In this document: positions 21,630 to 31,514 of the stretch, piece after piece
Numbering within the stretch: position 1 is the stretch's first letter
How the letters are laid out: every line of letters begins with the position of its first letter
Source: Nitrospirota bacterium
Lineage (GTDB): Bacteria; Nitrospirota; UBA9217
Direction of reading: 5' to 3'
Assembly (NCBI GenBank): GCA_963754875.1
Contig: CAVWHO010000016.1
Span: 758-64,757, forward strand
DNA: 64,000 nucleotides
Program-made: the position numbers and the translations under genes
Notes under the pieces: generated by a model
Seen by the model: the letters and a program-made list of their open reading frames with translations, nothing else
Told to the model about the DNA's origin: nothing
Database searches by the model: none

Positions 21630-21635
21630 AACATT

Positions 21636-21720
21636 AGGACTGAGTCGGCCCTGACGTTCGCACTTACCTCAGCACTCAGTCCTGCTTTTGGTTTTACTCA
21701 GTCCTCCTCTCTCAGTCCTT
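21636..21720. repeat. AGGACTG / CTCAGTC heptamer cassette overlapping the 3' end of the receiver gene
   Basis: aggactgag ... ctcagcactcagtcctgcttttggttttactcagtcc; the last part is also at 37344-37369. Confidence 0.75.
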
Positions 21721-22165
21721 GTTTCTTACTCGGTCCAGCCCATTTCTCCAGTTCAATCCGTATATTCTTCGCGAATATATCCAGGTCCACGGACTTGTTC
21801 AGAAAACTATTCGCACCTGCTTTAAATGAGGCCTCTTTGTCCGATTCCAGGTCCGAATGCGTGACGATCACCACCGGTATACCGCGGAGGCGCGTGTCGT
21901 TTCGTATTTCCCGCAGCACGTCGAAGCCGTCGAGCTTCGGCATCTTCAAATCGAGGAATATAAGCGACGGCGGCGTTGTCGCTCCCCTGAGAAAGGAAAG
22001 CCCCGCATCGCCGCTCAAGGCCGTATCAACCCGGATCTCCCGGCTGATCTTCGCCAGGACCATTTTCGTCAGCAGGATATCGTCCTCGCTGTCGTCGATG
22101 ATGAGAATCGATTTCGGATTTCGGATTGCGGATTGCGGAGTTTTGATGCTAGCGTTATTGCTCAT
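21698..22165 (-). CDS. single-domain response regulator (Rcp1-like) with repeat-derived termini
   Basis: ILIIDDSEDD, FLDLKMP, GANSFLNK; N-terminal PQSAIRNPKS is encoded by TCCGCAA repeats. Confidence 0.9.
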   Translation of the reverse strand: MSNNASIKTPQSAIRNPKSILIIDDSEDDILLTKMVLAKISREIRVDTALSGDAGLSFLRGATTPPSLIFLDLKMPKLDGFDVLREIRNDTRLRGIPVVIVTHSDLESDKEASFKAGANSFLNKSVDLDIFAKNIRIELEKWAGPSKKQGLREED

Positions 22166-22397
22166 TTACGTGCGCCTTTCGCCGTTCTGATCGATGAAAT
22201 AGTTATCGCCAGCAACTCATCCGCTTCCTTACATAAGGTTCGCCGCATTGTTGGATGAAACCCTTTGCTGGTTCAGGCTTGAAGCCTGAACCGCCCATTA
22301 AGGTTTTGGTTCAATCTCCAAGATTGAACTAGCGATGGAACTTTATTATAGTCAATGCAAATTGCTGAGTCCGTTTTCTCAGGTCATCCTTGTTCAC
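22162..22397 (-). pseudogene. four-helix-bundle (23S rRNA IVS-like, TIGR02436-type) gene remnant with its centre replaced by a REP-like element
   Basis: N-part 22397-22329 (GTG) MNKDDLRKRTQQFALTIIKF; C-part about 22236-22162 LCKEADELLAITISSIRTAKGARK*. Both resemble the family's termini. ATGA overlap with the receiver gene. Confidence 0.75.
22262..22329. repeat. twin-hairpin REP-like element, copy 2
   Basis: 3 differences in about 68 bp versus copy 1. Confidence 0.85.
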
Positions 22398-22430
22398 GTA
22401 TTTTCTCCCATGCTTATGTGTTCATTTCTC

Positions 22431-22527
22431 AATCCGCAATTGTTTCTTCCCGGATGCCCATTCCGCAATCCGAAATAGTCTTTCTTCGATGTTTATTCCG
22501 CAATCCCCATTCCGCAATCCGAAATCA
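22431..22527. repeat. TCCGCAA heptamer repeats, inverted relative to 22110-22140
   Basis: ttccgcaatccgaaat ... ttccgcaatccccattccgcaatccgaaatc versus gatttcggatttcggattgcggattgcgga. Confidence 0.8.
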
Positions 22528-22531
22528 GATG

Positions 22532-25500
22532 CTACCCCAGCGTGAAAAACACCGTCGCTCCCTTCCCCACTTCCCCTTCGGCCCAGACTGTGCCGCCGTG
22601 GCGGCGGATGATGCGTTCGACGATGGCGAGGCCGATTCCCGTGCCCTCGAACTCCTTTTCCGTATGCAGCCGCTGGAACGGGAGGAACATCTTGCCCGCG
22701 TAGGTCTGGTCGAACCCGGCGCCGTTGTCCCTTACGAAATAAACTGGTTCGGAGTCAGAAGCTTTTGAAACTTGAGACTTGGAACTTGAAACTTGAGACT
22801 TTATAACCCCAAACTCGATCCGGGCATTCGTCGTTTTCGACGTGAATTTCCAGGCGTTCTCGACCAGGTTCGTGAGCGCGACCCTGATCAGGTTCGGGTC
22901 CACGGAGGCGCGCAGGCCTTCGGCAACAGCGACTTCGACGCTCCTGCCGGGGTCCGTTTCGCGGAGGCCGGCCGCAAGCGAGGAAACAAGCTTGCTGAGA
23001 TCATAGTCCACCCGGTCCATATCCTGTTTTGAGATCCGCGAAAGGCGCAGAAGGTCCTCGATGAGGTCGGTCATTTTCTCCGAGGCGTTCGTTATACGCG
23101 TCAAATAATCCTTCGGCTGGTCTTCCAGCTTGCCGCCGAAATCCTCGATGAGGATTTTGGAGAAACCGGCCATGGTGCGGAGCGGCGCCCGCAAGTCATG
23201 GGACACCGAGTAGATGAAGGCTTCCATCTCCTTGTTCGCGGATTCCAGCTCCTTGTTCCGCGAGGACAGATCTTCGGTCACGTTCAGGAGCTCAGCCTCC
23301 GTCTTCTTGCGCTCGGTGATGTCTCGCAATATTCCAAGCAGGCGGCCATCGGGCAGCTGTCGGCCGACGACTTCGCCCGTGAACGTCGAACCGTCCTTAC
23401 GACGGAATTGCCATTCGTTCGTCGTAACCGAGCCGCTGGCCAACGCCGACATCTGGGCGGGCATGCGCGAGATGTCTGCAGGGGAAACCACATCGGTGAC
23501 CGACAGCCGGCAGACTTCTTCATGCGTGTACCCGAGCATCCGTGCGCCCGCGGTGTTGACGTCGATATAGCGGCCCTGCGCGTTAGCCAAAAAGATGCCG
23601 TCCACGGCCTGCTCCACCAGCAACCGGAAGCGCTCCTCGCTCTCACGAATAGCTTCCTCCGCCCGCTTGCGCTCGGTGATGTCGAAGCTGAAGTTCAGGA
23701 CCCGGTATACCCGTCCTTCCTTCAGCATGGGGACGAACGTGAGGATCAGGTCATACCGGCCCGTGGGCATGGTGAGCGATGATCTCGACAGTTTGCGACG
23801 CGCTTGTTTCATAGGTACGCATCAAGCGCAGGCCAGAAGGCGCTCCGCGTCTCCTCGTCGTACATCTCGTCGACCCGGCGCCCGACAAAATATTCCAGCG
23901 GTTTTCCGACGCGCCGGAGCCCGGCCGCATTCACGAACTCGTATCTTCGATCGGCGTCATAGATGGCGATCGCATCGGGCATGTTGTCCATTGCCAGACG
24001 GAACAGCTCCTCGCTCTTTCTCAGCTCTTCCTCCGCGCGTTTGCGCGCGGTGATGTCGAACGCATAGATCCGCACGACGTTGAACTGGGGAGCGAGATGA
24101 ACGGTCTCGCCGAAGATCCGGTCCTTGATCGAAACTTCGCGGTACAGTATCGCTTCGTTTTTATTTTCCAGGTCTTTTAAAATATCATCGATATCCGCGG
24201 GCAGAAAGAGGAGCAACGTTTTCCTTAGTCCGTCCCGAGTTCCGTCAGGATCTTGAGCGCTAGCCGGATTGCAGAAGGTGACGCTGCCCGCCGGGTCCAC
24301 CTCGCAGATGGGATTCGGGTTCAGCTGCGGGAAGGAGGCGAGATGTTTTATCTGTTCTTCAGCCTTGTGCCGTGCGCTGATGTCGTGCGCGATCTTTGAA
24401 ACGCCGACCACCCTGCCGTTTGCGTCCCTGATCGGCGAAAAGGTGAGTGAGACGGGAATGATTAGCGCCGTCTTTCCGCATACGTACGGTCTCGAAATGC
24501 TCGATGTGCTCCCCTGCTGCGATCCTTTTGAGAATTTCCGGGACCTCGTCCACGTGCCCGGGAGGAACGAGGAAGGAAATATTTCTGTTGATCGCCTCCT
24601 GGGCTGTATACCCGAAGATCTTCTCTGCCCCGGCGTTCCAGGTCTGGATCATGCCGTCCAGGTCCTTGCTCATGATCGCTTCGTCGGCGCTTTCCACAAT
24701 GGCCGACAGCCGGCCCTTGATTTCTTCGTCCCGCTTGCGTTCGGTAATGTCCGTATACGTGACGACCACGCCTTCGATGCGGCTGTCCGACGTACGATAG
24801 GGGAGCGTGGCGCGGATGTACCAGACGCCATCGACCGCAATCTCCTTCCGAATCGGCACGAGACTGTCGAGGACCGACTGGGCGTCGGCTATAAGGTCCG
24901 TCCCGAGGTTCTCCTGCGACATGTCGATGATCGGCCTGCCCACGTCCGAAGGAAGGAGCTTCAGGAGCTTCGAGCATAGCGGGAGTGAAACGCTTCACGC
25001 GAAACTGATGGTCGAGAAAGATGGTGGGGATGTTGGTGCTCGTGAGGAAATTGTTCAGGTCGTTGTTCGTTGCGTCCTGCTCCTCGATCTTGGCCTGGAG
25101 CTGGGTATTGACCGTGAGCAGTTCTTCGTTCAGGGACTGGAGCTCCTCGCGCGACGTTTCGAGCTCCTCGTTCGCCGCCTGGAGCTCTTCGTTCGAGGAC
25201 TGAAGTTCCTCGTTCAAGCCCTTGAGCTGTTCGATGTTGCTCTGGAGGTCCGCACGCGTTGCTGAAAGCTCGCTTTCGAGCTGACGCACGACGGTCTCGT
25301 CGACAGCTGCGGTCTCTGCAACAGGGTGCTCCTCTGCTTGGGGAACGCCGCGCTTCTCCTGGAAAACGAGGAGAAAAATGTTCTCACGCAATTTCGAGAT
25401 ACGGAGGATGACGGTCCTGTTGGCCTGCGCATCTTCTTTCCCCTTTGTGAAGGCGGGGCCGCCCTTTTTCGCTGCCTTTCGCGGAGAGGGGCTTTTTTTA

Positions 25501-27329
25501 CTTCTTTTTTTTCCAGGGGGGGACTGAGGGGGCTGTTCGCCCTCATTGGGAAAGCTCACCCTGATGGAGACCGGCTTCGCTTCCTGCGCAGCCCGGTAGA
25601 TCGCCCCGCGGACCCTGCTGCGGAGGTTCTCCGGAAGCAGGAGCAGCAGGTTCTGCGTTGGCAACCCTCTCGGCTGAAGCAAGTATTTGTTCGTTGGGCC
25701 GTTGTGGTACAGGATGTCGTAGTTTTGGTTGAGCGCGATAGCCGCGGGTGAGTATTCTTCGAGCAGGGAATTCTGGATGAACTCGGTGATCGTGGGCTGG
25801 TTCGCAGCTGCCAAAGCCTGGCGCGAGGGCACCGACAAAGCGCGTTCGGCGGCAAAAGGCACGGAAAGGGAAAGCCGGGTCGGGGCCGTGCGTTCGAGCT
25901 TCCGGTAGACGCGGCATTTTTTATTGCCCACGCTCCTGAAGAGCGCGCTGTTCCTGCCCGTGGACTCTGCGTTGCCGAGGAAGAGATACCCTCCGTCCTT
26001 GAGGGCGTAATGGAAGAGCGCGATGCTCTTCTCCTGAGCGTCGGGTTCGAGATAGATCAGGAAGTTCCGGCAGATGATGAGGTCAAGCCGGGAAAAAGGC
26101 GGGTCAATCATCAAGTCCTGCTTGGCGAAAACAACGCATTCCCGGATTTCCTTGTTGATGACGACGGACAGGCCGTCCTCGGAGAAGGTGAAATACTTGC
26201 GCAGGAGGTCTGCCGGGACATCGGCTGCAATGCTTGCCGGATAGGTCCCTTCCCGCGCTTTTTCGAGCGCCCGGTCGTTCACGTCCGTGGCAAAAACCTG
26301 GAGCTCGCGTTTTTTGCCCGCGAGGCTAAGCTCGTGGTGGAGCAGCATGGCAATGGAATAGGCTTCCTCGCCGCTGGCGCAGGCCGGGGACCAGACGCGG
26401 ACCGGAGCGTCTTCGTTGCTCGCCACGAGGTGCCGTATCACTTCGATCTTGAGCGCCCTCCATGCAAGCTGGTCCCGGAAGAAGGACGTGACGCCGATCA
26501 TGAGGTCAAAGGCGAGCGCGGACGCTTCCTGTTCCCTGTCCGTCACGACCTGGATATAGTCCTGAACCGAGGTCACGCCGCTCAAATACATCCGTCTCCT
26601 GATCCTGCGGTTCACGACGTTCTGTTTGTAGTGATTGAACCGGTAGCCGGTCTTCTGCCGGATCAAGCTGTAAAAGGTCTCGAATTGCGCGGCAGTGACC
26701 ACGTCGTCACGGCTCATGCGGACCGCGTCTGCTATGGCAAGTTTCACGATCTCCCGGGAGATGTCTTCAGGCTTTAATACCTCATCCACCTGGCCTGTGC
26801 CGATCGCCGCAAGCGGCATGCCCGGAAACTCGGCAGTGGACGGGTCCTGCACAAAGACGGTGCCGCCGCTGCTTCTGATCGCCTGGATCCCCCGTGCGCC
26901 GTCCGTGCCTGCGCCGGAGAGGATAACGGCAATTGCACGGTCTTCCGCTTCTTCGGCCAAAGAGATAAAAAATTCATCAATGGGGAGATGGACATGCTCC
27001 TGCTGCGGAGCGGTTAAGTGAAAAAAGCCGTTTTGAATTTTTATTTCTTTTCCCGGCGGACAGAGGAAGAGCTTCCCCGGGAGCGCCTCCATATTGTCCT
27101 CAATTTCGAGGACCTCAAGATGGGGCGTTCCCTTGGCCAGCAGTTCGGGAAGAAGGCTGCGGTGCGTGGGAGACAGGTGCTGCAGAAAGACGATGGTAAA
27201 GCCGAACTCCTGCGGCAGGGCCGCCAAGAAGCACTTGAGGGCGTACAGGCCGCCTGCAGAAGCGCCTATGCCGACTATGGGCAGGGTGGCGTTTGGAGCG
27301 CTATGTCCAGGCGTCTTTTTATGTTCCAT
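22532..27329 (-). CDS. CheB-CheR fusion with coiled coil, multiple PAS domains and C-terminal histidine kinase (about 1600 aa; frameshifts near 24960, 24460, 24240, 23810)
   Basis: CheB GASAGG/QHL/SGAGTDG; CheR GVTSFFRD, ACASGEEAYS, CRNFLIY; EELQSSNEELQ repeats; PAS pieces 24359-24943 and 23809-24411; H-box YSVSHDLRAPLR. Confidence 0.88.
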
Positions 27330-27425
27330 ATCAACTTGTTATCCAGGGATTTGGAGGAATGCAAGAATATGCAAATAATTTATCACAGCAACAATGCAAA
27401 GTAAACTCAAATTCAGGACGAACTT

Positions 27426-27530
27426 AGGACGGAGTGAACAACAGGACTGAGGGGAAAGTGCTGAGGACTGAGTAAATGCATAATGCTTGGCTTTTCACTC
27501 AGAGTCCCCGTTACTCAGTCCTCAGTCCTG
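27426..27530. repeat. inverted AGGACTG/CAGTCCT heptamer cassette
   Basis: aggactgaggggaaagtgctgaggactgagtaaa ... ttactcagtcctcagtcct; a 34-bp arm is nearly identical to 37260-37293. Confidence 0.8.
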
Positions 27531-27534
27531 CTTC

Positions 27535-28446
27535 TCACCCAGCCCTGCGCGAGTAGCCCTGCTCCTGTGCTATAAAGTCCAGATGGAGCGTAGCCAGGTC
27601 CTCGACAGCAAGCATCTCCGGAGGCGTGGGGGAAAAAGCCGGGATGACCTTGATATAGCCGCGGCACAGGTCGCACACTTCCACACGCATCCGTTCTTGC
27701 TCCTCATCTGCAAACAAGGACTGCTGAGTTTTATGATCTTCATTGCCGCAGTAAACGCACGTGAGTCTACGGAATCGCCAGTCCGCGCCGCAGGAACCGC
27801 AGCGCAGATGTTTTACCTGATCGTTTTCCTGAAGCTCACCGAGCGTTGCAGCAGCGCCGCAGACGTAACAAACTCCCCTGTTCCAGAAGGCCCCCTTGAC
27901 AAGAGGGGCCAGTTGGTCGTGGAGAGCATGCAGTGCCGGCTTGAGAGCGTTCTGCGCCAGCACCGTGACAAGTCCGGGGTCGAGCCCGAGTTCCCTCATT
28001 TCCCTGTCAATCTTGTTGCGATCGTTTGCGGCGATAGAAGGCAGAAGCGCACCGAGATCGAGCCTGTCCTCTTCGAGGGCCTGCACGACACGGTGCAGCT
28101 CTGTGCCTGAAACGTCTGCAATCTGTTTCCAGGGCAGGCGGAAGGTGCGCGTCTGGTCCTGAACAGCGGCGTGCTCGATAGCCCGGGCAAGCTTGCGCAT
28201 GAGGTCCCCCATCGCCGTGATATCGACTTCAAAGTCGAGGTCCTGGAGAAGCGGCAGCCCTTTCTCCATCTTGGCGCGGGCATCTTCGGCGCTGAGCGAC
28301 AGCGGCGCGACAGTGAAGTCGGCATCGCGAAGCATTGGCAGGATGGCTTCGTAGACCTGGGCCGCGTTTTTCAGGTCAGGCGACTTTTGCATCAGCGCGC
28401 GCAGGCGCAGGATTATCGGATCATCGGCAATTTTTTGTCTGGTCAT
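27535..28446 (-). CDS. fdhE: formate dehydrogenase accessory protein FdhE
   Basis: CYVCG, LRCGSCGADW, CVYCGN, CDLCRGYIK, EDLATLHLD. Confidence 0.92.
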   Translation of the reverse strand: MTRQKIADDPIILRLRALMQKSPDLKNAAQVYEAILPMLRDADFTVAPLSLSAEDARAKMEKGLPLLQDLDFEVDITAMGDLMRKLARAIEHAAVQDQTRTFRLPWKQIADVSGTELHRVVQALEEDRLDLGALLPSIAANDRNKIDREMRELGLDPGLVTVLAQNALKPALHALHDQLAPLVKGAFWNRGVCYVCGAAATLGELQENDQVKHLRCGSCGADWRFRRLTCVYCGNEDHKTQQSLFADEEQERMRVEVCDLCRGYIKVIPAFSPTPPEMLAVEDLATLHLDFIAQEQGYSRRAG

Positions 28447-28527
28447 TATTCCTCGCAATCGAGAATGTAAATCTTTTGCAAATGCGGACCGATACAGAGA
28501 GGGCTTAACCCAAGCTGAGAAACAATG

Positions 28528-29040
28528 TCAAGCTCGGCGGTTTGAGCGCGCGAGCGGATTCGTCAAGAGCGAACGCATGATGAGCGGTATGCCGACCGCA
28601 GCCGGCAGCACCCAGTAAGTAAAAGGCGGCAAGTCCCTCCACACCGGAAGGTTCTTGCCGTTGTCAACATAGAATGCGGTTAACATTACTATGTAAGACA
28701 GGCCCATGCCGCTGATATGCAGCTTGACCCGGCCGCGCCACCTGTTCCGCAGGGCTGCTCGACCCAGGATCGCCGTTACAAAGGACAGGCCCCCCAGAAT
28801 GAATAAATGGTAATCCTCTTTCCAGCGCACTGCGGAAAGTGCGGTCGCCGACAGGAATACCGCGAGCAAACACCAGAAATAGATTGCCCCGGACGTTGAA
28901 TGGCGGCCGCGGCGTTTTCTGGTCAACATCGCGACAATGCCGGTTACTACGCAGATGAGCGCGACCACGACGTGGAAGCCGACTATCGTCAAAAAGACCG
29001 GGCTGACTGAGGGAATCTGGATTCCGGCGATAGTGATCAT
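28528..29040 (-). CDS. membrane protein with conserved His residues (DUF2306-like)
   Basis: 5 TM helices; FHVV, KRRGRHSTSG, HLF, HISGMGLSYIVMLTAFYVDNG. Confidence 0.7.
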   Translation of the reverse strand: MITIAGIQIPSVSPVFLTIVGFHVVVALICVVTGIVAMLTRKRRGRHSTSGAIYFWCLLAVFLSATALSAVRWKEDYHLFILGGLSFVTAILGRAALRNRWRGRVKLHISGMGLSYIVMLTAFYVDNGKNLPVWRDLPPFTYWVLPAAVGIPLIMRSLLTNPLARSNRRA

Positions 29041-29182
29041 ATCTTCTGATAGGAATTTTTCGTAGAGTAAACCAAAAGCTGGTTAGAAAGGCCCTTTCCT
29101 GCGGCCCGGCTCGTAAAGTACGTTACGGCCTGACTTCTTGAATTTTGAGTCAAGCTTTAGATCAAAATGAAAATCAATCTTC

Positions 29183-29265
29183 ACACGAAGCCACTAAGCC
29201 ACAAAGAAAAGAGAACCTTGAATCGTCTTTTATCTTTCTTCGTGCCTCCGTGCCTTCGTGTGAGA
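29183..29265. repeat. inverted 8-9-mer repeat cassette
   Basis: cacacgaagccactaagccacaaag ... cttcgtgcctccgtgccttcgtgtg. Confidence 0.7.
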
Positions 29266-29404
29266 CAGGTTTTTGATTCTTGCTTTTTTTCTGAGGCTTG
29301 CCTCGTTAAATTATTAATTCACCCAAAAAGGCGAAAGCTTTGATTTAGGATTAATCCGCTTTTATCATTTGTTAATCCGGCTCTTCAGTGTCCAACCGCT
29401 CTTT

Positions 29405-30127
29405 TTAGGATAAAACTTCTTTCATGGCAAGTGACAGGTCGAGGATTGCACGTTCCCCGTCTCCTACGAATGTGGACCCGTGCATCGTTGCTACGGTCTT
29501 CGGCTTGAGAGCTGCAAGGCGACGCAAAATTCCCCCGGTTTTCGGGGTGTACGGCAGGTAATCGGCAAAAGGGCCTTTCTGGTGTTCTATCAGCATCTGC
29601 TTGAACCGGCCCACGACGTCCGAGGAAGTTTGCGGTTCAACGTCTCCGGTCTGGTGGAAAAGGTCTGAGCACAGAAGCGTTCCGTGAACCTCTTCATAAA
29701 GATGGCTCGCCTCCCAGCAGTGCGGCACCTGGGGTGTTTGCAGGAACCGGAACCGATATTTGCCCGTGACCACCTGTTCGTTGTCCATGAGCGCTTTTGC
29801 CGGCCGCGCTGCAACAACATCGTCGATGCTGACCACTTTCCCGACGAGCGTGCAGACGGCAATGGCCCCGGGCGCTAGGGCCTGCCATTTGGAGAGAGAA
29901 CCGCACTCGTCAGCCTCGAAGTGGCTGAAGCCGATCCAGCGGATCTTTGACGGATCGATCAGGCTTGCAACAGCCTCGCGGACCTGGGGAAAGAGCCTGT
30001 TCATCCCCGTGTGATACAGGAGCGGCTCTTCGTCGAGAACAAGGAACTGATTGAATTGCAGGTTTGATTCCGGAACAAAAGTCGAAATGCGATAGAGGTC
30101 CGGCGCTATTTCCGTGATCTTGGTCAT
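29405..30127 (-). CDS. MBL-fold di-iron protein (flavodiiron/ODP-like, no flavodoxin domain)
   Basis: [35 protein letters not shown]. Confidence 0.8.
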   Translation of the reverse strand: MTKITEIAPDLYRISTFVPESNLQFNQFLVLDEEPLLYHTGMNRLFPQVREAVASLIDPSKIRWIGFSHFEADECGSLSKWQALAPGAIAVCTLVGKVVSIDDVVAARPAKALMDNEQVVTGKYRFRFLQTPQVPHCWEASHLYEEVHGTLLCSDLFHQTGDVEPQTSSDVVGRFKQMLIEHQKGPFADYLPYTPKTGGILRRLAALKPKTVATMHGSTFVGDGERAILDLSLAMKEVLS

Positions 30128-30265
30128 CAGTTACACGCTTTTTTCCTTTTTCAATTGGATGCCGAACGATTGAGTCCCGGATAGCACGTGCTGTCCTACC
30201 ACCAGAAGGCTGCTTGGAGCATCATTGATGGTCTAACTAGGTTTTACATATCGGACGCTGTGGAA

Positions 30266-30366
30266 CCCATCCCCACCCCAGCCCGCCCCTTGAAAGGGAG
30301 GGTGAAATATTTCTCCCCCTTCAAGGGGGAGATTACCTCTGGATGCCGGATCAAGTCCGGCATGAC
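30266..30366. repeat. palindromic REP-like cluster downstream of the NrfD gene
   Basis: tctcccccttcaagggggaga hairpin; ctggatgccggatcaagtccggcatgac resembles 31428-31455 and 36105-36126. Confidence 0.7.
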
Positions 30367-30397
30367 GACAAAGGACAGGCAAAAAAAGAGACTCAAT

Positions 30398-31312
30398 TTA
30401 CAGCTGCCCCGCCTGCACGAGACTGATCCTCAGCATGAGGCCGCCGAAGAGCACGAGCACGGCGGTGAGTGCTACGACGCTTTCGCCTGCTGCACCAAGT
30501 TTATTGCCACGCCAGTAAAGCCAGAGCGGGAGGAGAATGCCGGCAAGGACTGTGCCGCCGAGGAACAGGAAACCGTAGAAACCGGTCAGGATCGGGGCAG
30601 CATATTTGCCGGCTGCAATGAGCATGATCGCAATAAGCGCGATCTCGATGATCATGGCCACACGGTCGAATCTTTCAAGGTGTTCGAATGTTTCACCCGT
30701 CCCGATCTTCTGCCTGGTCATGAACAGGACGATCGCCGCGGCACCGGTCGAAGCGGCGGATGCTATAAAGAGCGGGCCGATCAGCGGGTCCGTCGCCTCC
30801 CACAGCGGTCTTGCCGTGGTGTTCAGCAACACTCCGGTGTAACCTGCCACGAAGAAACCGAAGAAAGCTCCGACTGCGGCGTATACTTTATGGGGGATGC
30901 GGATGAAGAGGGCATGGGCCTTCTGCAATCCCCGCGACTTGAGGCGGTTGTCCTCGACCAGGACGTTCAGGAACGAAACGAAGGACATGCCGCTGTAGAT
31001 GAGCAGTGCCCACGTGCCCACGGAGAGCGGCGACGTCGTGTTCATATAGGGCACGCCGTCCTTCGTGTAGAAAAACAGATGCCAGAAGCGCAAGGGACTC
31101 CCCAGGTCCGCGATGAGCAGGACCGGGGTCACGCAGATCAGCGGAAAGGCCAGATAGTAGGCGATCTTGCTGACAATGCGCAGGTTGTCCCTATTGAGCA
31201 GTTCCAGCAGCGAGCCGATGAAGTATGCTCCGGCCGAGATCCCGCCTATGTAGAAATACATGGCGATGTAGTACCATTCCCAGTGCGGTGCCTGCGATTC
31301 CAGGGCCATCAT
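30398..31312 (-). CDS. NrfD/PsrC-family membrane anchor of formate dehydrogenase
   Basis: WYYIAMYFYIGGISAG, LIADLGSPLRFW, SPLSVGTW, YTGVLL...RPLW; SD ggaggt. Confidence 0.92.
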   Translation of the reverse strand: MMALESQAPHWEWYYIAMYFYIGGISAGAYFIGSLLELLNRDNLRIVSKIAYYLAFPLICVTPVLLIADLGSPLRFWHLFFYTKDGVPYMNTTSPLSVGTWALLIYSGMSFVSFLNVLVEDNRLKSRGLQKAHALFIRIPHKVYAAVGAFFGFFVAGYTGVLLNTTARPLWEATDPLIGPLFIASAASTGAAAIVLFMTRQKIGTGETFEHLERFDRVAMIIEIALIAIMLIAAGKYAAPILTGFYGFLFLGGTVLAGILLPLWLYWRGNKLGAAGESVVALTAVLVLFGGLMLRISLVQAGQL

Positions 31313-31338
31313 AGTACACCTCCAAATCATCATTTATC

Positions 31339-31502
31339 ACCGCGGAGACGCTGAGAAAAGCAATAGAGACGAGAAGAGTGTTGTCATTCCTGCGAAAGCA
31401 GGAATCCAGATCCTTTTTAAAAAGTCGCTGGATTCCGGGTCAAGCCCGGAATGACGAGGCTGACTTATGATTTTCTTCGCGTCCTCTGCGTTCTCTGCGG
31501 TA
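31339..31502. repeat. nested repeat: outer inverted 9-mers, inner GTCATTCC...GGAATGAC twin hairpin
   Basis: accgcggagacgctgag / ctctgcgttctctgcggt enclosing gtcattcctgcgaaagcaggaatccag...ctggattccgggtcaagcccggaatgac. Confidence 0.8.
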
Positions 31503-31514
31503 AAATAACGTTGT

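Noticed and set aside
21469-22527. CRISPR array
   Set aside because: No constant 23-47-bp repeats with unique equal-length spacers, and no cas genes
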